Assembly: GCA_038245195.1 (NCBI GenBank)
Contig: JBBRSU010000001.1
Coordinates: forward strand, 121 to 64,120
DNA: 64,000 nt
Reading direction: 5' to 3'
Source of the DNA: Candidatus Saccharimonadales bacterium
GTDB taxonomy: Bacteria; Patescibacteriota; Saccharimonadia; Saccharimonadales; UBA10212
Shown here: one piece after another, positions 27,229 to 35,806 of the stretch
Layout: each line of letters begins with the position of its first letter
Position numbering within the stretch: the stretch's first letter is position 1
The notes under the pieces: generated by a model
Databases searched by the model: none
The model's input: the letters and a program-made list of their open reading frames with translations, nothing else
What the model was told of the DNA's origin: nothing
Position numbers and translations under genes: made by a program

Positions 27229-27749
27229 TTTATGCTGTCCAGCGTAGATTTAATACCCTCAGCTGCCTGAGTATTGCCCTCGGCAATATATTTCTTTTCA
27301 AGAAGGCTAAGATAATTTTTATACTGCTGGGTATTCCCGTCCTCTTGCTGGAGATTAGCCATTTCGCTATAAGCCATGGTTGTAACTTTATCCGCAGGCA
27401 CAGAATCAAAAACTTCGCTCATAACTCTTATGGCGTTTTTGTAGTCGTTTGCCGCATCGTATTTAGCAGCTAAAGAAATCTGGCTATCAATATAAGATTC
27501 GTAGTTCTTGTTTTGCAAAAATATATTAGTTGAATCTTTGCCTGCTTTCTCGAATTGGACCGGTTTGGAAACTCCTATCTTGGAAAGTTTCTTTTCTTCG
27601 CTATGAGTGAGCTTCCGATAAACAAATATGCCGGCAAACACCAGTAAAGCAATAACTATTATAAGAATAATAATTCTTAAGAATTCTTTTAATCCCAAAG
27701 TTTTCTTAGTTTTTAGATTATCACCAAAAGCAGCCACACTGAGCTTCAT
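27225..27749 (-). CDS. Membrane-anchored helical (TPR-like) protein, first gene of the pilus operon
   Basis: 174 aa. TM helix IIILIIVIALLVFAGIFVY, then a helical-repeat-like region. TATAAT lies 8 nt upstream of the ATG. Confidence 0.55.
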   Translation of the reverse strand: MKLSVAAFGDNLKTKKTLGLKEFLRIIILIIVIALLVFAGIFVYRKLTHSEEKKLSKIGVSKPVQFEKAGKDSTNIFLQNKNYESYIDSQISLAAKYDAANDYKNAIRVMSEVFDSVPADKVTTMAYSEMANLQQEDGNTQQYKNYLSLLEKKYIAEGNTQAAEGIKSTLDSIK

Positions 27750-27837
27750 GCTTAAGCATTATAGATAGGTTGTAATAAACAGGCAATAAGCGATTATGGT
27801 TTTACCCGCAGCCCCTTATCAGAGCTGCGGGGTTAAG

Positions 27838-28314
27838 CTACTGCTGCGGCGGTTTGATGAAGTACAGATTTGCGAACAGCTGGTCCGACAGAACACTGTT
27901 GTATGCCTGGACGTTCATCCTGACGTAGTTGCTCTTGGTTCCCGGCCAGACACCGTCCGGGAATTGTTTGCTGGTAAAAATGAACGTCACCTTGAACTTC
28001 ACCGTCTTGCCCGGCCTGAGCAATTTGATGTGGAATTTGCAGCTTCCACCAAACTCCGCGCTCTTGACGCAGCCAGCCGGCGTGCCGTAGATGAATTTCC
28101 TGGAGCTTATCTGTGCCCAGCCGTTACGCATGGCGATGTTTGTGCCGTTGTGCACCACCAGCATCTCGCTGGCCGGCTGGTCCAGCACGAACTGGTTGGG
28201 TCCATAGTCCAGCAGGACCGAGATGTCACCTCGGTACGCGCCGGCACTCAGCGGAATAACCAGCATAACTACAAGTGCCGCTAGCAGCGACACCCAAGTG
28301 ATGATGTTTCTCAT
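27838..28314 (-). CDS. Secreted hypothetical protein in GC-rich islet A
   Basis: MRNIITWVSLLAALVVMLVIPLSAGAYRG signal peptide and a GGGAGGG SD 5 nt upstream. Start trimmed from 28428. The antisense ORF 27796-28284 was judged spurious. Confidence 0.5.
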   Translation of the reverse strand: MRNIITWVSLLAALVVMLVIPLSAGAYRGDISVLLDYGPNQFVLDQPASEMLVVHNGTNIAMRNGWAQISSRKFIYGTPAGCVKSAEFGGSCKFHIKLLRPGKTVKFKVTFIFTSKQFPDGVWPGTKSNYVRMNVQAYNSVLSDQLFANLYFIKPPQQ

Positions 28315-28498
28315 TCTACCCTCCCGGGTGTCGTCGTCGAGCAGTAGGCTCGAAGAGTAATGTGCGGCCCCAAGACGGAGCCGCCTTGAAGATACTTTAG
28401 TCATACCACCAACAGAGATAAAAAGCAATTGCTAGTGCTTAGAAACTATTTCTTAGTATGTGAGCGCCGGTACCCGAACCGACGCTCAACAAATACAA

Positions 28499-28849
28499 TT
28501 AGGCCTTTATTGTTTCGGGTTCCGGTTGGGCATTTAAACTGGCTTGGAACTCATTTTGGGCGGCATTTAGATCCCAGCCCGCCGATTCTCCCAGCTCCCC
28601 CTCAACGTAGTGCTTTAACTGAGCCCACTGCACCGGGCTGAACAACCGCAGTTTTTGGCTGTAAGTTTCATTGTCGGTATTTGGCTTGGGCCCGAACTTA
28701 GAAAATTCTATGTATTCCCGGCCCTCACCGGTTTTACCATGACGGGCATAAAATTTATTAGCTGATTTTTTGTGCAGCGGAATCTCTAAATAGACTTCCT
28801 CGCCCCATGGCAGAACTTTAACAGCTTGAACATGTGTAACTTTACTCAT
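28499..28849 (-). CDS. Hypothetical protein (weak resemblance to PC4/YdbC-type ssDNA-binding proteins)
   Basis: 116 aa with an AAGGAG SD upstream. ...EYIEFSKFG...LRLFSPVQWAQLKHYVEGEL is reminiscent of PC4-like motifs, but this rests on memory only. Confidence 0.5.
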   Translation of the reverse strand: MSKVTHVQAVKVLPWGEEVYLEIPLHKKSANKFYARHGKTGEGREYIEFSKFGPKPNTDNETYSQKLRLFSPVQWAQLKHYVEGELGESAGWDLNAAQNEFQASLNAQPEPETIKA

Positions 28850-28877
28850 TTTTGAGCTCCTTATTAATTACGATTTA

Positions 28878-28907
28878 GAAAAACAAAAACCAACCGCATG
28901 GGTTGGT
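28878..28907 (-). terminator. Rho-independent terminator, 177 nt downstream of the guaB-family gene
   Basis: Minus strand reads ACCAACC-catgc-GGTTGGT followed by TTTTTGTTTTT. Confidence 0.7.
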
Positions 28908-29083
28908 CTAAAATACTGCTAATTTCACTAAATCCTCCTTCTCGCAGCTGATTTAGGTGACAGACGTGCCGCGAATTAACTTACATTTTCGACTTTACGC
29001 TCACATATTTAACAATGCAAGCACCCATAACGCTAAAGCTTATCTCTAAAGATATCTACATTGTGAATTTTACTAATACAAAG

Positions 29084-30520
29084 CTAATTCCAGTTGGTTT
29101 GAATGGCCTTGCCCTCTTGATAGCCACTGGCCGACTGGACACCCACCACGGCTCTGTCTTGAAACTCTAAAATATTTCTAGCGCCGGCATAGCTCATCGA
29201 ACTACGTAAGCCGGCACAAATTTGGTCGATTAAATCCTCTACTCCCGGACGATCCGTATCAATGTATATCCGGCTAGTACTAGTCCCCTCCTCAAAAAGT
29301 TCACGTTTGGCCAAATCAAAGGCTGCTGCCTGTTTGTTACGGTTTTGGACTGCCCGTTTGCTGGCCATGCCGTAATTTTCTTTATAAAGCCGGCCGTTAC
29401 CGTCGTGCATAACATCGCCAGCACTTTCGTGAGTACCAGCAAACCAGGTACCAATAAAGCCACTGCTTGCACCGGCCGCTAGTGCCAATGCCAGGTCGCG
29501 TGGGTGCTTAATGCCGCCATCAGCCCAAACATTTTTACCAAGCTCTTGGGCGGCCGTGGAACACTCTAAAACGGCACTAAACTGAGGTCGGCCCACGCCT
29601 GTCATCATCCGAGTGGTACACATCGCCCCCGGTCCAACTCCAACTTTAATAATATCGGCCCCGGCTTCAATCAAATCCCGGGTAGCTTGAGCCGTAACCA
29701 CATTACCAGCCACCAAGGGCACTGTTTTATTAACCGATTTAACTGCTTTTATGGCCGATAGCATTTTCTTTTGATGGCCATGAGCGGTATCCAGCACAAT
29801 AATATCGGCCCCCATCTTTAAAACCTTGGCGGTCTTGCCAGCCACATCGCCGTTTATACCAATAGCCACCGCCACTTTTAGCCGACCGCGTTTATCAGTT
29901 AGTGGCTGATAAATACTCGAGCGCAAGGCGCCCTTCCTGGTTACAATTCCTACACATTTGCCTTTTTCAATCACCGGTGCGCTATCTATTAATTTCTTAT
30001 GAAGATAATCGAAAGTTTTTTGCGGAGAGTAGCCCGCTGGCACAGTAATTGGTTCATGGCTCATAACCTGTGATAACGGCGTAAAGCGATCATATCCCAC
30101 GGCATCGGCTTCTTTAAAAATTCCGACCGGCTGATTCTTATCGTCGATAATTACCACGGTGTTATGAGACCTTTTATGAATAATATTAAGTGCATCAGCA
30201 ACCGTATGACTTGGCTCTAAGCTTAAGGCCGTTTCGTAAAACAAATGTCGTGATTTAACGTACTTAATCATTGTGGCCAGTACTTCAAATGGAATATCTT
30301 GGGGGAAGACCGCCAAACCACCCCTTCGGGCGATAGTTTCGGCCATCCGCTTGCCAGCCACGGCGTTCATATTAGCTACAACTACCGGAATATGAGCACC
30401 GACAGCATCAGGTGCCGTTATATCCGTATCAAACCGCGATTCCAGCTCGCTGTAACCGGGGACTAAAAAAACATCATTATAGGTAAAATCTGCACTATCT
30501 AGATTATGCAAAAAAAGCAT
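29084..30520 (-). CDS. guaB: IMP dehydrogenase/GMP reductase family enzyme with a CBS pair (GuaB1-like)
   Basis: 478 aa. Catalytic loop [34 protein letters not shown], and an inserted CBS domain pair. Confidence 0.88.
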   Translation of the reverse strand: MLFLHNLDSADFTYNDVFLVPGYSELESRFDTDITAPDAVGAHIPVVVANMNAVAGKRMAETIARRGGLAVFPQDIPFEVLATMIKYVKSRHLFYETALSLEPSHTVADALNIIHKRSHNTVVIIDDKNQPVGIFKEADAVGYDRFTPLSQVMSHEPITVPAGYSPQKTFDYLHKKLIDSAPVIEKGKCVGIVTRKGALRSSIYQPLTDKRGRLKVAVAIGINGDVAGKTAKVLKMGADIIVLDTAHGHQKKMLSAIKAVKSVNKTVPLVAGNVVTAQATRDLIEAGADIIKVGVGPGAMCTTRMMTGVGRPQFSAVLECSTAAQELGKNVWADGGIKHPRDLALALAAGASSGFIGTWFAGTHESAGDVMHDGNGRLYKENYGMASKRAVQNRNKQAAAFDLAKRELFEEGTSTSRIYIDTDRPGVEDLIDQICAGLRSSMSYAGARNILEFQDRAVVGVQSASGYQEGKAIQTNWN

Positions 30521-30533
30521 ATTTTTGGGCGGT

Positions 30534-30950
30534 TTAAGCCTTGACGGCTTTCAATGTAGCCGTACAGAATTTACAGCGGGTAGCCGCTTTCGGAATTTCA
30601 CTTAGACACTCCGGGCACTTTCGTTCGCTTGGTTCAGCCGGTGCGTTCTTTCTGTTTGCCATAGCCTGTAATCTATTCAATGGTTGGACGACAAAGAAAA
30701 ACACCACAGCCGCAATCGACAAAAAGGCGATTAATGCGTTTAGGAAATCTCCATACAAAAACTGACTGCCGTTTAGACTAAACTTCATTCGCGAGAAATC
30801 CGGTTGGCCGCCAATAGCCGCAATCAACGGTGTTACAAAATCCTTAACTAAGGCGGTTACTACCGCCCCAAAAGCCGCCCCAATTACAACCGCCACCGCT
30901 AGATCCACAACATTGCCACGCATAATGAACTTCTTGAATTCACCAAACAT
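30534..30950 (-). CDS. mscL: Large-conductance mechanosensitive channel with a C-terminal zinc-ribbon extension
   Basis: MFGEFKKFIMRGNVVDLAVAVVIGAAFG... is a canonical MscL N-terminus. Start trimmed to ATG 30950. C-terminus reads CPECLSEIPKAATRCKFC. Confidence 0.85.
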   Translation of the reverse strand: MFGEFKKFIMRGNVVDLAVAVVIGAAFGAVVTALVKDFVTPLIAAIGGQPDFSRMKFSLNGSQFLYGDFLNALIAFLSIAAVVFFFVVQPLNRLQAMANRKNAPAEPSERKCPECLSEIPKAATRCKFCTATLKAVKA

Positions 30951-31085
30951 AATATATCTCCTTAATAGCCTTATTAAACCAGTTAAATGCCGGCAAATAA
31001 AGCCATCCAGCAAATACTGTTAGATAAATCACAGGCAAAGAATAGTCCGCTTTGTTATTATCGGAGGTATTAATAGGAGGATACT

Positions 31086-31448
31086 ATGCCCAGAGAAGTA
31101 GTTAGAGAAAGAGTTATCGACACACCCGACGAAGCTGCAGTCGCACCGGTAAACGAGCATCCACAAAATGTCGCCACCAGGGTAATCTGGTACATAGCTG
31201 GTGTACTTCTGGTACTACTAGCCTTTAGGTTCATACTATCGTTGCTTGGAGCCAACACCACTAATGGTTTCGCCAATTTCATATACTCGGTCTCGCACCC
31301 ATTCGTGGCACCCTTCTTCAGCCTGTTTAGTTACAATAATATCCACTACGGAGTTTCGAGGTTTGAGGTTTACACCCTGGTCGCCATGGCGGTCTATGCT
31401 GTGATTGCTTGGGGCATAAGTGCGCTAGTTAATATCAGCCGTCGCTAG
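31086..31448 (+). CDS. YggT-family membrane protein
   Basis: 120 aa. ...LLVLLAFRFILSLLGANTTNGFANFIYSVSHPFVAPF... matches the YGGT repeat pattern. AGGAGG SD. Confidence 0.65.
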   Translation: MPREVVRERVIDTPDEAAVAPVNEHPQNVATRVIWYIAGVLLVLLAFRFILSLLGANTTNGFANFIYSVSHPFVAPFFSLFSYNNIHYGVSRFEVYTLVAMAVYAVIAWGISALVNISRR

Positions 31449-32530
31449 CTAAATTTTTTTGCGGCAGGTCTGGGTTTATCAGCCTCGAGTTTCGATGTTG
31501 GCTGAGTTTCGATTTGCACCGGCCTGGTACGTCGCCTGAAGACTTCGCCAGTAACAATACTGCCGGCTCCTAACACCGTATAGAGCCCGCCAAAGTACCA
31601 GTAGTTCTTATCGATTTGCTGAAATATATCAGTCGCTAAATTCCTCATATCTTGCTGTAAAATTGCATTATTATTCTGAACTTTTGGTACAACTTTAGTG
31701 CTCACTACCCGGTTTAGCACATAAGAAAATATTAACAATATTAAACCAATCGCCACCAAGTTAATCCCAACATGGCGTAAGCCTTTTTGCCAAGTATTAC
31801 TCAGAAAAACTATACTCAGGCCAGTCAGAATAGTAAGCATCGATAAGATAAAGGGCGTTTTTTTGGCTAGCTGGTATTGTTTTGGCACATTCTTGACCTT
31901 CGATTGCTCAAAAACCGGCTGGTTGTTCTGGCCTTTAATGCTACTGGCACTCAGGTCCAGTTTGTCCAAAAAACCACTAGACTCTAGGCTGGCTTTGACA
32001 CTATCCGCAGCACTTTCAGCGCTGACGCCTTTTGGCAAACAACTAATAGTGTTTACGTTTAGCTGGCCACTCTGAAGTATTTGTAGACTTTGTGAGTTCG
32101 TACAAGCCGGCAACCCGGCCAACCGTTGCCCAACGCTCGCCGAAAGACTTTCAGCAAATGTGTTTCTTGGGGTTGTTAAGTCAAACTTGAATGTGGGTTG
32201 GGCCACCTGCCCATCCAGCCACTGGTAAATGTTATCAATGGCAATCTCGGCGTTCTGTTGTATGTATTGTGGGCTGACGGCTTGGTTGGCGGCCTTCTCA
32301 ATTGCCGGATCGCTGGTCGAAAAGTTACCTACCGGAGTGTCAATCGATTTGGTTTGCTGTAAAAGATTGGGGATCAAACTATTGTAGATACCACTCTCGG
32401 ATATCAAATGTTTAACGGTGGCTGGATGAGTCGCCGTACGAACAAAACCAATATCAAATGCCGTAGCAAACAAAAGTGTAATAAACAGCGGACTCAGGAT
32501 AAATAAACCTATCCTCCGCAAGATATCCAT
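31445..32530 (-). CDS. Hypothetical integral membrane protein
   Basis: 361 aa. N-terminal TM helix, a large extracytoplasmic segment, three or four C-terminal TM helices and a basic tail. Confidence 0.6.
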   Translation of the reverse strand: MDILRRIGLFILSPLFITLLFATAFDIGFVRTATHPATVKHLISESGIYNSLIPNLLQQTKSIDTPVGNFSTSDPAIEKAANQAVSPQYIQQNAEIAIDNIYQWLDGQVAQPTFKFDLTTPRNTFAESLSASVGQRLAGLPACTNSQSLQILQSGQLNVNTISCLPKGVSAESAADSVKASLESSGFLDKLDLSASSIKGQNNQPVFEQSKVKNVPKQYQLAKKTPFILSMLTILTGLSIVFLSNTWQKGLRHVGINLVAIGLILLIFSYVLNRVVSTKVVPKVQNNNAILQQDMRNLATDIFQQIDKNYWYFGGLYTVLGAGSIVTGEVFRRRTRPVQIETQPTSKLEADKPRPAAKKFS

Positions 32531-32590
32531 AAGCAGTATTCTAGCAGAATCCCCAACAATGGCTTGATGAGCTATAATTACCTCTGTCGT

Positions 32591-32680
32591 GGAGAGGTGG
32601 CCGAGCGGTTGAAGGCGCTGCTCTCGAAAAGCAGTATACCCGCAAGGGTATCGAGGGTTCGAATCCCTCCCTCTCCGCCA
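32591..32680 (+). tRNA. tRNA-Ser (anticodon CGA)
   Basis: Acceptor GGAGAGG/CCTCTCC, anticodon stem-loop CTGCT-CTCGAAA-AGCAG, long variable arm, T arm GAGGG-TTCGAAT-CCCTC, encoded CCA. Confidence 0.9.
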
Positions 32681-32688
32681 TGATAATC

Positions 32689-33309
32689 ATGAAACTATCG
32701 CTCAAAAATTTAAACTATAAATATTTGAACTACGGTTTGATTGGTTTGATATTAGTTATAAATTGTTACCTAGTGGTTAGCCCATTTTTGCCCCAACTAG
32801 ATTTATGGAAGCGCAAACATAACACGGCAACCGTAGCCGGTCTCCCCTATAAAACTAAACTTGATAAAAAATCCACAGCTAGTGCCAAACGGGTTGATAC
32901 CCCCACCGATAACCGCTTAGTAATACCCAGCTTGGCGCTGAATCAGCACATCTACACCGGATCCGGTGCCTACTTAGTTAATCTAGGGGTTTGGGCCAGG
33001 CCGAGCACTTCTACTCCGCCAAACGGCAGCAACACGGTTATGATAGCCCATCGTTTCACGTACAATGGGCCTTCGACTTTTTACAGCTTGGATAAAATAA
33101 TAGCCGGAGATAAGGTAGTGGTTTATTGGCAAGCCAAAGAGTACGATTACACTGTTTCAGACACAAAAACCGTCGATGCTACAGATTTGGCGGTCGAAGA
33201 CCCCACGCCCAACCCGATCTTAACTTTATACACTTGTACCCCACTCTGGACTGCCGAGCCCAAATATCGGATAGTTGTAACAGCTACTCTGGATAGCCAA
33301 GCCCAATGA
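32689..33309 (+). CDS. Sortase-family transpeptidase
   Basis: N-terminal TM anchor, His motif MIAHRF, catalytic Cys motif LTLYTCTP, downstream Arg (YRIVV). Start placed at ATG 32689 because the track start 32680 overlaps the tRNA CCA end. Confidence 0.8.
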   Translation: MKLSLKNLNYKYLNYGLIGLILVINCYLVVSPFLPQLDLWKRKHNTATVAGLPYKTKLDKKSTASAKRVDTPTDNRLVIPSLALNQHIYTGSGAYLVNLGVWARPSTSTPPNGSNTVMIAHRFTYNGPSTFYSLDKIIAGDKVVVYWQAKEYDYTVSDTKTVDATDLAVEDPTPNPILTLYTCTPLWTAEPKYRIVVTATLDSQAQ

Positions 33310-33425
33310 GCGACAAGAAAAAGACCTTAATATTACTTCTCTTATTAGCCCTAAGCATTGGCCTGCTAATCTACGCCAAAACCCATGTTGGGCCCGGCTT
33401 TGTTAAACAGCTTTCAGCTAACTAG
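33306..33425 (+). CDS. 39-aa single-TM peptide translationally coupled to the sortase gene
   Basis: ATGA overlap with the sortase stop. MSDKKKTLILLLLLALSIGLLIYAKTHVGPGFVKQLSAN*. Below the track cutoff. Confidence 0.35.
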   Translation: MSDKKKTLILLLLLALSIGLLIYAKTHVGPGFVKQLSAN

Positions 33426-34192
33426 CTTTGTTTTCGGGCCAAGCGACCGCTAAAGGCAACGCCTAAAGTAACTGCCACTAATCCACCAGCAATTAAGCTA
33501 ACAGTTGTACCACTGCCAGTATTAACCAAAGTTGGAGATACAGTTGTAGATGCGCCCAAGACTAACGGCTTGGCACTAGGATCAATCCAGGCATCATTAC
33601 TGTTATTACTAGAATCGGCGTCGTTATATACACAACCACCGTCGCAGTGACCATTATCAAATTTAGAAAGCGTAGCAGTGTTCTGGAACAAACCAGTTGC
33701 TGTAGAGGTTGTGGTTAGAGTCAAGGTAGCTGGGAGCGTAGTTGCACTGCTTCCGTCGAGCAGCGGAAGAACCCAGTTGTTGGCAAAGAAACCAGTAGTT
33801 TGATAATTCCCTGCCGTAGCTGAACTGCTAACATAACTAACGCCGGCGGCTGGCAGAACATCGCTAACATAAACCGTACCAGTCGGCGTAAGGCCCTCAC
33901 TGCTCATATTAGTTACAATGATCTTCCAAGTTACTGTATCCCCGACATGGGCCTGTGCTGCATCAGCACTAGTATCTGCTTCCGTATAAGCACCGCCATT
34001 TATACTCACCTGTTTATCAACACTCAAATCGCATCCTTCAGATGTCACGAATGAAGGCTCCCCATTAAATCCAGAGCAGCTCACAGACACTTGAGGAGCT
34101 TGTTGGGCGTGAGCTATGCCCGCCATACCAAAAGGTGCCAATAGCGTACCGATATAAGCAACCGTAACTAATAGTTTTTTAAACTTTTTCAT
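33422..34192 (-). CDS. Cell-wall-sorted surface protein (DUF11-type repeat) with an LVNTG sorting signal
   Basis: Signal peptide. DUF11-like VSDVLPAAGVSYVSSSATAGNY. C-terminus is LVNTGSG, then hydrophobic TTVSLIAGGLVAVTLGVAFSG, then RLARKQS. Convergent with the sortase gene. Confidence 0.75.
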   Translation of the reverse strand: MKKFKKLLVTVAYIGTLLAPFGMAGIAHAQQAPQVSVSCSGFNGEPSFVTSEGCDLSVDKQVSINGGAYTEADTSADAAQAHVGDTVTWKIIVTNMSSEGLTPTGTVYVSDVLPAAGVSYVSSSATAGNYQTTGFFANNWVLPLLDGSSATTLPATLTLTTTSTATGLFQNTATLSKFDNGHCDGGCVYNDADSSNNSNDAWIDPSAKPLVLGASTTVSPTLVNTGSGTTVSLIAGGLVAVTLGVAFSGRLARKQS

Positions 34193-34290
34193 TTCCCTGG
34201 ACTCCTTTACCTAATTAAGTGAATAATACTACATTTTTAATAAATTTCAACTAGGTCCAACAAACCTACTTAATCTGATAACATAACTTT

Positions 34291-34464
34291 ATGAGTCCAT
34301 TTTTAGTCAGTCTTTTCTTTACAGCCGGGGCCTCTACCTGGATTTACACCAGATTCCAGCGAACTAGTGGTAATAACACTAAACAATCGGCTACCGCCGC
34401 CGGAGTGGCCGGTTTATTCATCTTCATTGTTTTCTTTTACATCACACACTCACTCCTAAAATAA
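34291..34464 (+). CDS. 57-aa two-TM membrane peptide
   Basis: MSPFLVSLFFTAGASTWIYTRFQRTSGNNTKQSATAAGVAGLFIFIVFFYITHSLLK*. TGaTAACAT box 6 nt upstream. TAATG coupling to the HIT gene. Confidence 0.4.
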   Translation: MSPFLVSLFFTAGASTWIYTRFQRTSGNNTKQSATAAGVAGLFIFIVFFYITHSLLK

Positions 34465-34856
34465 TGGCCAATAGTATCTTCACCCAAATCATAAATGGCG
34501 AAATCCCCTGCTATAAAATTTACGAGGATGAGAAAACCTTTGCCTTTTTAGACATAAATCCCACACAGCCCGGGCACACTTTGGTTATACCCAAAAATCA
34601 GATTGAATTTTTATGGGACTTATCCGACCCCGATTACCGCGCCTTGATGGATACTTGCAAAAAGATTTCCCGACATATCAGGGATACTCTAGAAGTAAAA
34701 TATGTTGGAGTTAAAGTTATAGGCGAAGAAGTTCCCCACGCTCATGTTCACTTAATCCCCCTAAACAGTGCCTCCGATTTTTTCGAGTTACGCCCAGAAG
34801 CTTCTCGGCCCGATCCGGATGAGTTGAGCAAAATGGCCCAGAAACTGCGTCTTTAA
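34464..34856 (+). CDS. HIT-family nucleotide hydrolase/transferase
   Basis: 130 aa with the histidine triad HAHVHLIP. Confidence 0.9.
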   Translation: MANSIFTQIINGEIPCYKIYEDEKTFAFLDINPTQPGHTLVIPKNQIEFLWDLSDPDYRALMDTCKKISRHIRDTLEVKYVGVKVIGEEVPHAHVHLIPLNSASDFFELRPEASRPDPDELSKMAQKLRL

Positions 34857-34954
34857 CATGATATACCTAGCCTTACGATACTAATTCCTAGTTCCTAATT
34901 CCTAGTTTCTGGTATTATTAGGCTATATGAGGTGGAGTTTTAGGCGGTGTTACT

Positions 34955-35806
34955 GTGGATGAGAAAACCTTAGGCAAAAGATTACAGCTGGCCCGTAAAC
35001 GAGCCCGTTTAACCCAACAAGAGTTGTGCCAAAAGGCCGGATTAAGCTATTCTACTTTGGCAAAAATTGAGCGGGGGGCTATCCGCACTCCGTCGGTATT
35101 TACGGTCGCTAGCATTGCGGCGGTTACCGGGGCTAGTTTAGAAGAATTACTGGATATGAAAAGTCGGAGTTTGGGCCTTATGCCAACCGACACCAAACAA
35201 CGTTCCAAAAATGGGGTTAGGTTTGTTTATTTCGATGTAAACGGCACCATCGTTAGGTATTTCGAACGAGCCTACACCGAAATCTCTCAGCAAGCTAACA
35301 CCCCTGTTGAAATCGTCGAAACCATGTTTTTACATTATGACGGCGCTGCTTGCCGCGGCAGTATGAGCAATGAAGAAGTAGAGAAGATTTTCGCGGCTCA
35401 GCTGGGCTTAGAAAACTTCAGTTGGGAAAGTTATTACATGGAAAACGCCCAAACCACCCCCGGTCTGCCCGAGCTTCTAGGCTGGGTGGCCCAAAACTAC
35501 CAAGTTGGTTTGCTCACCAATAACTGGTTGGGGTATACCGATGAACTAATGCGACGCGGCACTATCCCCAAAGTAGATTACAGGTCCATTATTGAATCCG
35601 CCAAAGTGGGCTGTCTTAAGCCCGAAGCCAAAATTTATGAACTCGCCCAACAGCTCAGCGGAGTCGAGCCCAACGAAATTTTACTCGTCGATGATAAGCA
35701 GGCCTATTTATCCGGGGCTGAAAACGCTGGTTGGCACAGCCTGTGGTTCGACGAAACCCAGCCCGAGCATAGCATAGAACAAATCAAGCAAGCCCTAGCT
35801 TTTTAG
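34955..35806 (+). CDS. Fusion of an XRE-type HTH domain and a HAD-superfamily hydrolase domain
   Basis: N-terminus LGKRLQLARKRARLTQQELCQKAGLSYSTLAKIERG (HTH_3). C-terminus has HAD motifs YFDVNGTIV, LLTNN, KPEAKIY, LLVDDK. GTG start. Confidence 0.75.
   Translation: MDEKTLGKRLQLARKRARLTQQELCQKAGLSYSTLAKIERGAIRTPSVFTVASIAAVTGASLEELLDMKSRSLGLMPTDTKQRSKNGVRFVYFDVNGTIVRYFERAYTEISQQANTPVEIVETMFLHYDGAACRGSMSNEEVEKIFAAQLGLENFSWESYYMENAQTTPGLPELLGWVAQNYQVGLLTNNWLGYTDELMRRGTIPKVDYRSIIESAKVGCLKPEAKIYELAQQLSGVEPNEILLVDDKQAYLSGAENAGWHSLWFDETQPEHSIEQIKQALAF

Noticed and set aside
27796-28284. 162-aa plus-strand ORF in GC-rich islet A
   Set aside because: Long antisense ORFs are expected in GC-rich DNA. 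The minus-strand ORF has a signal peptide and a GGGAGGG SD, whereas this one has neither.
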